This document shows, one piece after another, positions 48,815 to 57,930 of a stretch of 64,000 nt of DNA. The stretch lies in assembly GCA_037128175.1 (NCBI GenBank), contig JBAXWY010000003.1, positions 32,001 through 96,000 on the forward strand, in the 5' to 3' direction. The notes below the pieces were generated by a model. The model was not told the DNA's origin. It saw nothing but the letters and a program-made list of their open reading frames with translations, and did not search any database. The position numbers and the translations under genes are program-made. Every line of letters begins with the position of its first letter. The stretch's first letter is position 1. Source of the DNA: Methanothrix sp. (GTDB lineage: Archaea > Halobacteriota > Methanosarcinia > Methanotrichales > Methanotrichaceae).

Positions 48815-49031
48815 CTTCAATCTTTTTAAGCCTTGATTCGAGATCCTTCAAGCTATCTCTGTAGGCCTTCCACTCGATGAAATCATCCCAGCGTTGGAAA
48901 TCCTCCGGAAGATGCTTTAATTTTTCCTCGAAGGTATCAAGATTGCATCTGTGTTTCATTTCAAATGACTTTATCTTCTCTTTCACCGGTGCGATCTGAG
49001 ATCTCAAAATCATCGGCAGCTTTTGGGGCAT
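48783..49031 (-). CDS. Antitoxin-like ORF, possibly chimeric with a HicA start
   Basis: IKSFEMKH..LD.FE...EDF..WDDFIEWKAY; begins MPQKLPMI. Confidence 0.55.
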   Translation of the reverse strand: MPQKLPMILRSQIAPVKEKIKSFEMKHRCNLDTFEEKLKHLPEDFQRWDDFIEWKAYRDSLKDLESRLKKIEDATNFRITSG

Positions 49032-49037
49032 ATGAGA

Positions 49038-49247
49038 TCAAACCGTAACTTCTACGATCCTTCCCGGAGCGCCCAGCTGCCTTGTTCGCTCTTCAGCCAG
49101 AGATTCCAGGCAGCCTACTATCGCCTCTTTGATGTTCTCCAAGGCTTCTTCCATGCTGTCGCCCTGGGAGTGACATCCGGAAAGTGCTGGGCAGCTCACG
49201 ATGTAGCCGCCATCCACGTCTTGCACGAGAACAACTCTCAAATTCAT
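49038..49247 (-). CDS. HicB-family (UPF0150) antitoxin
   Basis: DGGYIVSCPALSGCHSQGDSMEEALENIKEAI. Confidence 0.9.
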   Translation of the reverse strand: MNLRVVLVQDVDGGYIVSCPALSGCHSQGDSMEEALENIKEAIVGCLESLAEERTRQLGAPGRIVEVTV

Positions 49248-49250
49248 GAT

Positions 49251-49808
49251 TTACAGCCTACTGCCGCCCAGTCCTTTTTCTGCAGCCTCTTTTATCATGG
49301 CGTCTACGTTTTCCAGAGCTTTTTCGGCCTGGTCGATTTTGATATGAGGCTTCAGCTCTGTAATCAAGATTGCTCGTGAATTTTCTGCACATTTTTCGTT
49401 AAGGGTAACGTAAAGGGCAGTGGCCTGACGCTCCAGCTCTGCAACACCCATTTTTCCAATCTTTTCGGCTACAAACTGCATTCTTTCGGCATATTTCCCT
49501 CGCGTCTTTGGGTACCGATTCAGGAAATCCTGGCCGGTTTTTGTGGGGAGAAGGCTTGGCCCGTAGGGGCGGCGTGATTTATATTCGAGCAAGCTATCCG
49601 CCCGCATGGCAGTGACTGCATCGGCTAGATCGAATGAGTAAGGTCCATGCTTGTAGAGTATGAACTCGAGATTCATCGGGACTTCCAGCAGTTCTTGCAG
49701 GAAATATACCGATTTCTGGATGTGAGTCTCGCCGCACCAACTGCCTTTTGCTCTCATCTCATTCATCAGCGAGAGCAAAATGGCGTCTCGCTGCATTTGT
49801 TTTAGCAT
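49251..49808 (-). CDS. Winged-helix protein (YwgA/SocA-like)
   Basis: GETHIQKSVYFLQ, F.LYKHGPYSFDL, LE..AT..Y; overlaps HD gene stop. Confidence 0.7.
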   Translation of the reverse strand: MLKQMQRDAILLSLMNEMRAKGSWCGETHIQKSVYFLQELLEVPMNLEFILYKHGPYSFDLADAVTAMRADSLLEYKSRRPYGPSLLPTKTGQDFLNRYPKTRGKYAERMQFVAEKIGKMGVAELERQATALYVTLNEKCAENSRAILITELKPHIKIDQAEKALENVDAMIKEAAEKGLGGSRL

Positions 49809-51121
49809 TCTTCCTCACCTTCCTTTAAAGTTATAATCCTCTTCAGATTCTTGTCACGCCATTTCTCAGCTCTTTTCCTGCACTCTGGGCTTATATAAAC
49901 ATAATCAATTGCTACCAAAGGCACCTTTTCTAACGTCTCCGATTCAGTGAACGAAGAACAGATGCGATTGTCTCTGGAAAGTAGTGGATAATTGAGACCG
50001 CCTTCTTTCTGTATGTAGTAGTCGTGTCTGACCTCCGAATCACCAAATTCCCTACATGCCGCATCAAAGACAGCTTTGCCTGCTTCACGATTTATTTCGA
50101 GATCCTCTCGAGTCCTCTGGTAGAGCAGCCTGAAGTGTTCTCTTCTGGCGATGCGGCGAGCAGGATCATGGCCAGGATGCTCTTTATCACGAACTGCCTT
50201 GGAAAGCTCAGACATTATCTCGTTATCTGTGATCTGCAGTAGGTCTTCTATTGCTGTCGCAAACATGCCATTACGAAGCCATTTCTTTAGAAAGTCCTTG
50301 AGATGAATGTCGTAAATGCGGCGAACGTGGTGGCAATAGACCTGCGAGAACATAAAGTATCTCGCTAAGAGCAACGCTTCCGCAGAATGCAGGCCTCCCA
50401 CTTCTATGCCCAAAGCCAGCTCCTGAGATCCGAGCTCGTCATCTGCGGCACTATCAATTTTGGGCAGGATGCGGAGAGTATCGATCAAACGGTAGTGGTC
50501 GAAGCGCCCGTAGGCAACTCCTATATGGTGAGAGTCTCTAAGCAAGTAGTCCATTCTATCCACTCCGAAAGCATCACCTACTATTATCTCGGAGAGGATC
50601 GCCTCCCAATCGGTGAATCTGCTGTCTCTGTAATGCTTTGGACCAACAGCCAGTTTTGCCACATCTACGCAGTCTAATTTCATCCGGCTCCAAATCAGTC
50701 TCATTTCATCGCTGCAAATCAATTCTGTTGTGAAACGCTCATGGTCCCATCCGCTGGGCAAAAGCTCGGTCTCTGCGGCATGAGAGAAGGGGAGGTGTCC
50801 GAGGTCGTGACATAAAGCTGCCATGCGTAGTGTTCTTTTCCAATATTCAAGGTCGAATTTCTTTGGAATTATTTCTCTGACCGATTCATGGTGGATATTT
50901 TCCTGATCTGTTACAACATCGAAGACTCTGCCGGCAAGCTCCATGACACCGAGAGAATGCTCGAACCGACGATGAGTGGCGCCTGGATAGAGCAAATAGG
51001 TCAAAGCTAGCTGGTGGATATGCCGAAGCCTCTGGAAAGGAGCACTATCAAGAACCTGTTTCTCTCCTGGCTCCAGACGGATAAAATTATGGATCGGATC
51101 GCGTATCTCCTGATTTGACAT
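49802..51121 (-). CDS. HD-domain phosphohydrolase (SAMHD1/dNTPase-like)
   Basis: RDPIH, FQRLRHIHQL, YPGATHRRFEHSLGV, HDLGHLPFSH, DRMDYLLRD, QVYCH. Confidence 0.92.
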   Translation of the reverse strand: MSNQEIRDPIHNFIRLEPGEKQVLDSAPFQRLRHIHQLALTYLLYPGATHRRFEHSLGVMELAGRVFDVVTDQENIHHESVREIIPKKFDLEYWKRTLRMAALCHDLGHLPFSHAAETELLPSGWDHERFTTELICSDEMRLIWSRMKLDCVDVAKLAVGPKHYRDSRFTDWEAILSEIIVGDAFGVDRMDYLLRDSHHIGVAYGRFDHYRLIDTLRILPKIDSAADDELGSQELALGIEVGGLHSAEALLLARYFMFSQVYCHHVRRIYDIHLKDFLKKWLRNGMFATAIEDLLQITDNEIMSELSKAVRDKEHPGHDPARRIARREHFRLLYQRTREDLEINREAGKAVFDAACREFGDSEVRHDYYIQKEGGLNYPLLSRDNRICSSFTESETLEKVPLVAIDYVYISPECRKRAEKWRDKNLKRIITLKEGEEEC

Positions 51122-51254
51122 CTTTTGCTCCTATCGCAGAACTTTCAAAAATTAAATAGGCATTTTTTCATTATTAAAGCCCACCCATGCGAGGCGAAAG
51201 TATTCTTCTTGCGGGTAATCCAGGAAATGCAAATGATGCGAGCGACTGCTTCCA

Positions 51255-51315
51255 AGCTCGCCCCGGAAGGCCCGGATCCTGGCGACAGCCGGGCGGCTCG
51301 CGGCGAGGGCGTCGA
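51255..51315 (-). repeat. Degenerate copy of the hsdS 3' end
   Basis: 51255-51274 identical to 53187-53206 (RAFRGEL); ACAGCCGG and GAGGGCGTCGA follow in the same order. Confidence 0.7.
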
Positions 51316-51843
51316 TCATGGGCGCAGTTGCCTTTGCACCTCTATCGGAGCCCCGTCCGTCAACCATTTTGTCGGCGTCTCGTCATCATTGACTGGATTT
51401 ACCCACAGAATGTCCCTAAGTTCACGGACCTGGTTTGAAACTGCTGAAAAATAGCTTCTGGCAGTATCGTCCAGAGAAATGACACGCTTGTCTGTTATTC
51501 TTGCAGCTTCGATGAGACGAAGATCCTTCTCCATAGCAACAAGAGCCTTTTCGGTTTGACTTGCTCGTTCAATTTTAAGGCAAAATGCGACATCATGATC
51601 TACGTTTGGCCTGTCGACCCTTCTCTTGGCATTCATGCTTCTTCGCCAGCGGCGAGCAAAAGGATGAGAATGTATATCCCATTCAGCTCCGATCTCTCGC
51701 GTCATCACCAAGCGATGGTATGTTTCATCAATCATGACCCTCAAGAAGGCCTGGCACAGTTCTCCCCGTTGACCTCTTTCGCCCGTAGATGTAGCAACGG
51801 ATGCGTCAATGACCAAACGCTTTGACTCTGCTGATGACATCAA
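51316..51843 (-). CDS. PIN-like domain protein
   Basis: LVIDASV, E-W, KD..LIEAA, VISLD acidic tetrad spacing; overlaps ATPase stop. Confidence 0.65.
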   Translation of the reverse strand: MMSSAESKRLVIDASVATSTGERGQRGELCQAFLRVMIDETYHRLVMTREIGAEWDIHSHPFARRWRRSMNAKRRVDRPNVDHDVAFCLKIERASQTEKALVAMEKDLRLIEAARITDKRVISLDDTARSYFSAVSNQVRELRDILWVNPVNDDETPTKWLTDGAPIEVQRQLRP

Positions 51844-53135
51844 TTAGACTCCAGTCTTGCTTCAGCGGCATGTATGTAACGAGCATCGGCGTCCATCTCT
51901 GCCGAGGAGAAATCTTCCGGCCAATCGCCAAAAGCACCGGCTTTATCCAGGTCGGCACTGGATATTTCTGTAACGCCGTCCTCAGGCCGCCTCTTGAACC
52001 AGTGAAGCTTGACTTTATCTGGGGAGAGCTTGCCTTCGGCAACAAGAGATTGAATGCCCAAGAGCAGCAGAGAGCTGTGCGTCTCAGCTACTACCTTTAC
52101 GCCTCGATTGGCGGCATCTGCAAGAATCTGAGCCATCGCAGTCTGGGCGAGCGGGTGGAGATGAATCTCAGGCTGTTCGATGTAGACCAGTTGGCCCGGC
52201 TCTGCAGTCAAGAGGGCAACGATAACGGGAAGGATTTGAGAAATGCCAAATCCCACATCGGCAATGCTCACGAAGTCTTTGGAGCTGCCATTTGTTCCGT
52301 GAATGAGACGGCCAACCATTACCTCAAAACTGACATCATCAACTTTTTTTGAACTAACCTTCCAGGTCAAGCCCAATTGCTCCAGAGCAGTTCCCAGATC
52401 ATTCAGGCGGGTGTCCTCAGTTGCTTGCCAGTGGTGGATTATGCTGGCTGCATAGATCTCAAAGGTTCCGGGAAACATGGGACCCACGGAGGTCTTTTTA
52501 TAATTTCTTTCGGGATTGCCTCGCAATGCCGGCACATGGATGAGGCTCAAGATGGCGTTTGAAAAAGTTCTACTCCAATCGGTTTCGCGACTAAATGGCC
52601 TTTTAGATTTATTAATTATTTTTAGCTCAAAGAAGCATCTATTTCGTTCTATACTAGTAGTATTATATTTATAAGTTTTTAAACCATTTAAACCAATATT
52701 ACCCCATGGAGGAGAAACTGCCTTAATATCTTCTTGGGTCATATCAGGCCGGAGGATTATGATACCGTCTTCATTTTTGTAGGAAATCTCATCGATCTCC
52801 ATTCCCGATTGTGGCTTGCTGATGAAGGCCTCATTGAATGATGACGAGCTTTTCACTTCCAACCCCATGCTGAACTTGCCCATGACCTCGCCATCCAACT
52901 GGGAGAGGAACTGCTCTGCGGAGGTAAAACGGACATTGGGGCCATCAATTAAAAGTGGACCGGGATCATAAGGAGCCTCCAGTGTTTGCTTCATCATCAG
53001 GATGGGCTGCATTATGCTCGACTTGCCCGAGCTGTTGGCCCCGGCTAAGATCGTTAGGGGGCGAATTTCAATGGAGCACTCATCGGCTATCGACTTGAAG
53101 CCCTTTACAGTGATGCGCGTTATTCCTTCGGCCAT
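51840..53135 (-). CDS. ABC/AAA_15-21 family ATPase (DUF3696-like C-terminus)
   Basis: GFKS, GANSSGKS Walker A, VGFGISQ signature, IEQPEIHLHP, ETHS, WP.DF. Confidence 0.9.
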   Translation of the reverse strand: MAEGITRITVKGFKSIADECSIEIRPLTILAGANSSGKSSIMQPILMMKQTLEAPYDPGPLLIDGPNVRFTSAEQFLSQLDGEVMGKFSMGLEVKSSSSFNEAFISKPQSGMEIDEISYKNEDGIIILRPDMTQEDIKAVSPPWGNIGLNGLKTYKYNTTSIERNRCFFELKIINKSKRPFSRETDWSRTFSNAILSLIHVPALRGNPERNYKKTSVGPMFPGTFEIYAASIIHHWQATEDTRLNDLGTALEQLGLTWKVSSKKVDDVSFEVMVGRLIHGTNGSSKDFVSIADVGFGISQILPVIVALLTAEPGQLVYIEQPEIHLHPLAQTAMAQILADAANRGVKVVAETHSSLLLLGIQSLVAEGKLSPDKVKLHWFKRRPEDGVTEISSADLDKAGAFGDWPEDFSSAEMDADARYIHAAEARLESN

Positions 53136-53182
53136 AACATCCTCCTAATAGTATCACCAAATGATAGATGTAAGCTTTTTCA

Positions 53183-54358
53183 TCAGAGCTCGCCCCGGAA
53201 GGCCCGCTCCAACACAGCCGGAAGGAGCGCGTTCAGCTCGGCGGCGGTCTCCGCCTGGTGGCGCTTGAGGGCGTCGAGCTTGGATTGCATCGCTTGAAGT
53301 TTTTTGAATATTTTTTGCTGATCGTTCAACGATGGCAATGGCACATCTATGCTCTTAATCCTGCCAACACTTAGGTTGAATAGCCCGCTTGTTGTCCTGC
53401 TGCGTTCACGCATTTGTTTTTGACCAGGTGGACTATTTAAGAATCCATTCAAGTAATCCGGCAAAATCAGATTCGAATTTGGACGAATGCGAATAACATG
53501 ATTTTGATGAACGCAGTCTTCTATTTCGCCGCTAAAAAGGGCAGTCCTTCCAATTTGATCCGCACTTCCATTTCCTTCGATAACGAGCACGTCTCCTGAA
53601 AGCAGTCTCAGTTTTTCAAGCTCTTCATCGGACACTTCAAAATAACGTGGGTCTGAAGTATCAATCCAATTTCGCTGAACGTGGGCGACTGTGATATACC
53701 TTCGGGGATTTGCCCCTGGTGTTCTTTTGCTTGATTTTTGAATTCCGCCCTTAACTTCGCAGCTTGATTCAATAGGTTTCGTATCGCAGTTACTATTATT
53801 AAAAAGAGATTCTGCATATCTATTCATCAATGCATCAGCTTCTTCCGCCGCCTGCCTGCGCAGCTCCCGCGCCTCCTCGATCCGGGCGGCCAACTCTTCG
53901 ATGCGGGCCACGATGCGGCGTTGCTTGTCAAGCGAAGGTATGGAAATTTCAGATTCAAGAAAACGATCCTCTTTCAAACGAACACGATTTGTCGTTCCTT
54001 CGCTAGATGCTTTGCAGATATCAATGAATCGGTTAGTTCTGCTCATCCACTCTAAAAATCTAGGATATATTCTTGTTAAATCTAGCTTGAACACAGGAAA
54101 ATCGGAGCTTACCACAGCCCCGTCGAGTGAATCTGGAACAAGGCCAAAAGCGCCATTACGAGCATCAATTCTAGACACTAAAAACTCTTGGCAACGCAAA
54201 ACATGTCGTTTCGATGCAGCAATCTCTGATCCAAAGACTTCATTACGAAGTATTACCCCTTTTCCCCAAAGCTTTACTGTCACCTGTCGATATCGGCATT
54301 CAGGTTTTACTTCAATTTGTTCTTCCGATTTCGCAAGAATATATTTGAGTTGTGTCAT
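53183..54358 (-). CDS. hsdS: Type I R-M specificity subunit
   Basis: Two TRDs, P(S)L..Q..I motifs, coiled-coil spacers, LERAFRGEL end. Confidence 0.93.
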   Translation of the reverse strand: MTQLKYILAKSEEQIEVKPECRYRQVTVKLWGKGVILRNEVFGSEIAASKRHVLRCQEFLVSRIDARNGAFGLVPDSLDGAVVSSDFPVFKLDLTRIYPRFLEWMSRTNRFIDICKASSEGTTNRVRLKEDRFLESEISIPSLDKQRRIVARIEELAARIEEARELRRQAAEEADALMNRYAESLFNNSNCDTKPIESSCEVKGGIQKSSKRTPGANPRRYITVAHVQRNWIDTSDPRYFEVSDEELEKLRLLSGDVLVIEGNGSADQIGRTALFSGEIEDCVHQNHVIRIRPNSNLILPDYLNGFLNSPPGQKQMRERSRTTSGLFNLSVGRIKSIDVPLPSLNDQQKIFKKLQAMQSKLDALKRHQAETAAELNALLPAVLERAFRGEL

Positions 54359-54389
54359 TTGCCCTCAGCAAGCTATATTAAAAATTTTA

Positions 54390-56336
54390 TTAGATTATGC
54401 TGCATCCACTTATCTTGCTTTGAAAATCTGTTACCTCTTGCTGCGAAAGGACTTCTGAGATTTCCTTATCAGAGCATTCTGAAATTTCCTTTTGATATTT
54501 AATTTTCTTAATTAGATTAAATGTTCTTGCATTTGCCTGTCGCAAAATAATACTGTATGCCTTTGGAAAAACGTCTATATTATCACCAATATTAATGTAC
54601 TCGCATTCAATTTTTGCGCCAAGTACGTAACATAAAATTTTTGTGTTGGGCGACAATCTACCGGATTTATTAAGTGCTGTAGCATAATCCTCTGCTTGTC
54701 TCCTCTCTTTAATTTTAATTGAAGAACCGCCTTTCTTTAATTCAACAATTAGTATCTTCTTAAATCCGCAGACTTCTCCATTTTCATCAAAATCATCACT
54801 GCTATATACCCCTAATGAGGCATCAGGTAAGGCAATGAAATCCGGTCTCCTTTTTGAATGATCTATAATCCCATTTCCAAAGAATTTTTTTAAGACCGTG
54901 GAAAGCGTCAAATTTGATGTAAATTGTAGCCCTTCGAATTCTGGCCCAAATATCCAGAGTCCTTTTTCAAATAACGGCTGCAAATCATGTAATTCATCTG
55001 TATTCACATTTTCTATTAAAATTTCCATCTTTTCTATCAGTCTCAATCGCCACTGCAATTCTTCCAGAACTAATTTGGCCTCATTAATGCTCCATTTATC
55101 GAGAATATCAGATAGTGTGTTTAAATCATCGGGGGCCAATTGCACGAGTTGCTGAAGTAGCTTAAAACCCGTCCTTGTCAACTCAATATTAGTAAGAATT
55201 TCTACGGTATTAGATAGATGTTCTTGCGTCATCGTTGGACATTTTTGCTGAACTTCGTCTATAAAATTGCCTACTTGCTCCTTTGATAGATTACTCAACT
55301 GCTTCAGATTTTGTTTATGTTTGGCCAAGACTGTTTTTTTGGCTGCAATACGAACATCTTGCATTAAGTTTTGTATTGATTTCAGAATATACGAATTTAT
55401 CAGATTTACAGTATTCTTTGCTCTTTGCGTATCCTTAAAATCAGTCCAATCCGCCTTGACTTCATCTATTAGAAAATCAGCCATTACGATAAATGTGTAT
55501 CTCTTTGCCTCCGATGTTCTTGCATCAAGATAACTGCCATCCAATCCTTTCCATGAATGCTCCCCTACCAATCTGTTATTTACCCACCACGCAACACCAT
55601 GTTGTTTGCTAGTCCTTCCTGTAGACTTGCTATCAAGTCTCAAAATTCTAACGATTCCTTCTCCAGAAATATCATAAAATTCTTCATGAATATCATTAGA
55701 ATCGAAAAGCTCGATCTTATGCCCATTTAAGTTTATCGAAAAGGAAGGATCTGTAATAAATTTGGTGCCCAAAAGCTCTTTAACTTCATCAATTATAATA
55801 TAATTTTTATCTATTAAGCAATATATTTTCGTACCGTGCCCTTCCTTAGCAATTTGGCTAATGAATTTTATGCTAAAAGGAGCGTTACGTGATCCCTCAT
55901 CTTGATAATTTCTATTTACTGTGAATGTAGATGCTATTCCATTTTTCCATGTTTCAACGAAATACTCATCAGCAAAACAAAAAAGACTGTGTCTACCTTT
56001 TCCGTTTCTTCCATATGCAGCTCGTTTGGTTACCGTAGTGGAATCAGGAAATTTGACTTGTGGACCTTGTCTCAAAACACGATTATAACTTAATTCAAGC
56101 CAAATATTTTCAAATTCTTCTTTCGCCATTCCTGTTCCATCATCAACTATCTGAAATTGTCCTTTTACTTTTTCAGGCCATGTTATCTCAACATTTGATG
56201 CTCCTGCATCCCAGCAATTTGCGACGAGTTCTACAACAGCGATACGTGGCTCGGATATCATGCGACCAACATGGTCTTCTAGGAACCCTTCCCCAAAAAA
56301 GGGCCTTAAGCTTGATTGTGATGTTTCTGCAGGCAT
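54390..56336 (-). CDS. GHKL (Hsp90/MORC-like) ATPase fused to PD-(D/E)xK-like nuclease
   Basis: ELVANCWDA, DDGTGM, GRNGKGR, GT; C-terminal RPDF...IVELKK...QAEDY; markedly AT-rich. Confidence 0.82.
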   Translation of the reverse strand: MPAETSQSSLRPFFGEGFLEDHVGRMISEPRIAVVELVANCWDAGASNVEITWPEKVKGQFQIVDDGTGMAKEEFENIWLELSYNRVLRQGPQVKFPDSTTVTKRAAYGRNGKGRHSLFCFADEYFVETWKNGIASTFTVNRNYQDEGSRNAPFSIKFISQIAKEGHGTKIYCLIDKNYIIIDEVKELLGTKFITDPSFSINLNGHKIELFDSNDIHEEFYDISGEGIVRILRLDSKSTGRTSKQHGVAWWVNNRLVGEHSWKGLDGSYLDARTSEAKRYTFIVMADFLIDEVKADWTDFKDTQRAKNTVNLINSYILKSIQNLMQDVRIAAKKTVLAKHKQNLKQLSNLSKEQVGNFIDEVQQKCPTMTQEHLSNTVEILTNIELTRTGFKLLQQLVQLAPDDLNTLSDILDKWSINEAKLVLEELQWRLRLIEKMEILIENVNTDELHDLQPLFEKGLWIFGPEFEGLQFTSNLTLSTVLKKFFGNGIIDHSKRRPDFIALPDASLGVYSSDDFDENGEVCGFKKILIVELKKGGSSIKIKERRQAEDYATALNKSGRLSPNTKILCYVLGAKIECEYINIGDNIDVFPKAYSIILRQANARTFNLIKKIKYQKEISECSDKEISEVLSQQEVTDFQSKISGCSII

Positions 56337-56345
56337 GTATTTCCT

Positions 56346-57911
56346 CTAACGATTTAGGCTTTGAAAATCTTTTTGCTTGACCAGGAATCGCTTAATTTCT
56401 GACATCAATTCCGCAATTCTTTTCTCTTTTTCCAGTATGCTATCCACCAGCTCCTCGGGCGGCAGTTGCTCCAGATCCTTCTTTCCGTTGGGGTTCTTGA
56501 TATCCAGATTGTAGTTATTCTGGGCAATCTGCTCCGCCGGCACCCTCCAGGCCCTTTCGCCCTCGCCCCGCTCCTTCCACCAGGCCAGGCAGTCGGCAAA
56601 CTCCTCGAACTGCAGAGGCTTGGTCTTGGTGTAGTTCTTGCGGCCCTCGGGCAACGGCAACTCGTAGTACCAGACCTCTTTGGTCGGCCCGGTGCGGTCG
56701 AAAAAGAGCAGATTAGTGGGAATTCCGGTATAGGGCGCGAAAACTCCATTGGGCAGCCTGATAATAGTATGCAGATTGAACTCCCTCAGCAGCTCCTCTT
56801 TGATCCGTGCCGCTACGCCATCCCCGAAGAGAGCCCCGTTGGGCACGACCACGCCCGCGCGTCCGGGCGCGGGAGCGCGTCGCAGCTTGCGCATGATGAG
56901 CTGCAAAAATAGCAAGGTAGTCTCCGAGGTCTGCTTGTCTTCGGGAAAATTGCCCAGAATGCCGCGCTCCTCCTCGCCGCCAAAGGGCGGATTGGTGAGG
57001 ATCACGTCCACACGATCTTTGTCGCCCACTTCTCGCAAGGGGAAGCGCAGGCTGTTCTCAGGATCGATTTGGGGAAACTCGAGACCATGCAATAGCAGGT
57101 TCATCTGGCAGAGCATGTAAGGCAGGGGCTTGGCCTCACCGCCATAGATGCTGTGCTTTTGCAGCACGATAGCGTCCTCCACCGTCTTGCATTGCTCATA
57201 CAGGTGCTTGTAAGTCTCCACCAAAAAGCCGCCCGTGCCGTTGGCCGGGTCCAGGAAGGTCTCGCCCAGCCTTGGATCTGTCACAGCCACCATGAAGCGA
57301 ATCACCGGGCGGGGCGTGTAGAACTCGCCTGAGTCGCCCGCAGCATCCCGCATCTCCTTGAGCATGGACTCGTAAAGGTGGCTCAAGGTGTGAATCTCCT
57401 CAGAGGAGCTGAAGTGGATGCTGTTGATCTTGTTGATCAGATCCCGCAAAAGATAGCCGCTGATCATGCGGTTGACCGTGCCCCGGAAGACGGTGGCGAT
57501 CACATCCCTCCGGTCGCCTCCGTTTTCGCCCTGCAAGGCCCGCAGGTAGGCAAAGAGGCCCGGCCCCTCGCCTCCGCCCGGCCGGGTGGCTCGGTCCTGA
57601 TTGATGAAGGCGATCAGCGAGTCTCCGGTGATGCCATCCTCGGGCGCGGCCCAATCCCGCCAGCGGTAGGGAGCAGCGATGGCCGGACGGAACTTCTCGC
57701 CCTTCAAAAACGCTTCAGACTCCCTGAGTTTCTCCATGTCGTCGATGAACTTGAGGAACATCACCCAGACCAGCATGGGCAAGCGGTCCAGATCGCCGGA
57801 GAGGCCCTTATCCTTTCGCATTATATCCCGGCAGGACTTGACGATGCTGCCTAATTGCTGCGCTGTGGTGAGTGCGACTTCAGAGGCATTAGTTTTACGA
57901 GTTCGGGCCAT
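56346..57911 (-). CDS. hsdM: Type I R-M N6-adenine methyltransferase
   Basis: GEFYTPR, DPANGTGGFL, TNPPFGG, RLP.GVF.PY. Confidence 0.96.
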   Translation of the reverse strand: MARTRKTNASEVALTTAQQLGSIVKSCRDIMRKDKGLSGDLDRLPMLVWVMFLKFIDDMEKLRESEAFLKGEKFRPAIAAPYRWRDWAAPEDGITGDSLIAFINQDRATRPGGGEGPGLFAYLRALQGENGGDRRDVIATVFRGTVNRMISGYLLRDLINKINSIHFSSSEEIHTLSHLYESMLKEMRDAAGDSGEFYTPRPVIRFMVAVTDPRLGETFLDPANGTGGFLVETYKHLYEQCKTVEDAIVLQKHSIYGGEAKPLPYMLCQMNLLLHGLEFPQIDPENSLRFPLREVGDKDRVDVILTNPPFGGEEERGILGNFPEDKQTSETTLLFLQLIMRKLRRAPAPGRAGVVVPNGALFGDGVAARIKEELLREFNLHTIIRLPNGVFAPYTGIPTNLLFFDRTGPTKEVWYYELPLPEGRKNYTKTKPLQFEEFADCLAWWKERGEGERAWRVPAEQIAQNNYNLDIKNPNGKKDLEQLPPEELVDSILEKEKRIAELMSEIKRFLVKQKDFQSLNR

Positions 57912-57930
57912 GGAATTACTACTCCTATCA

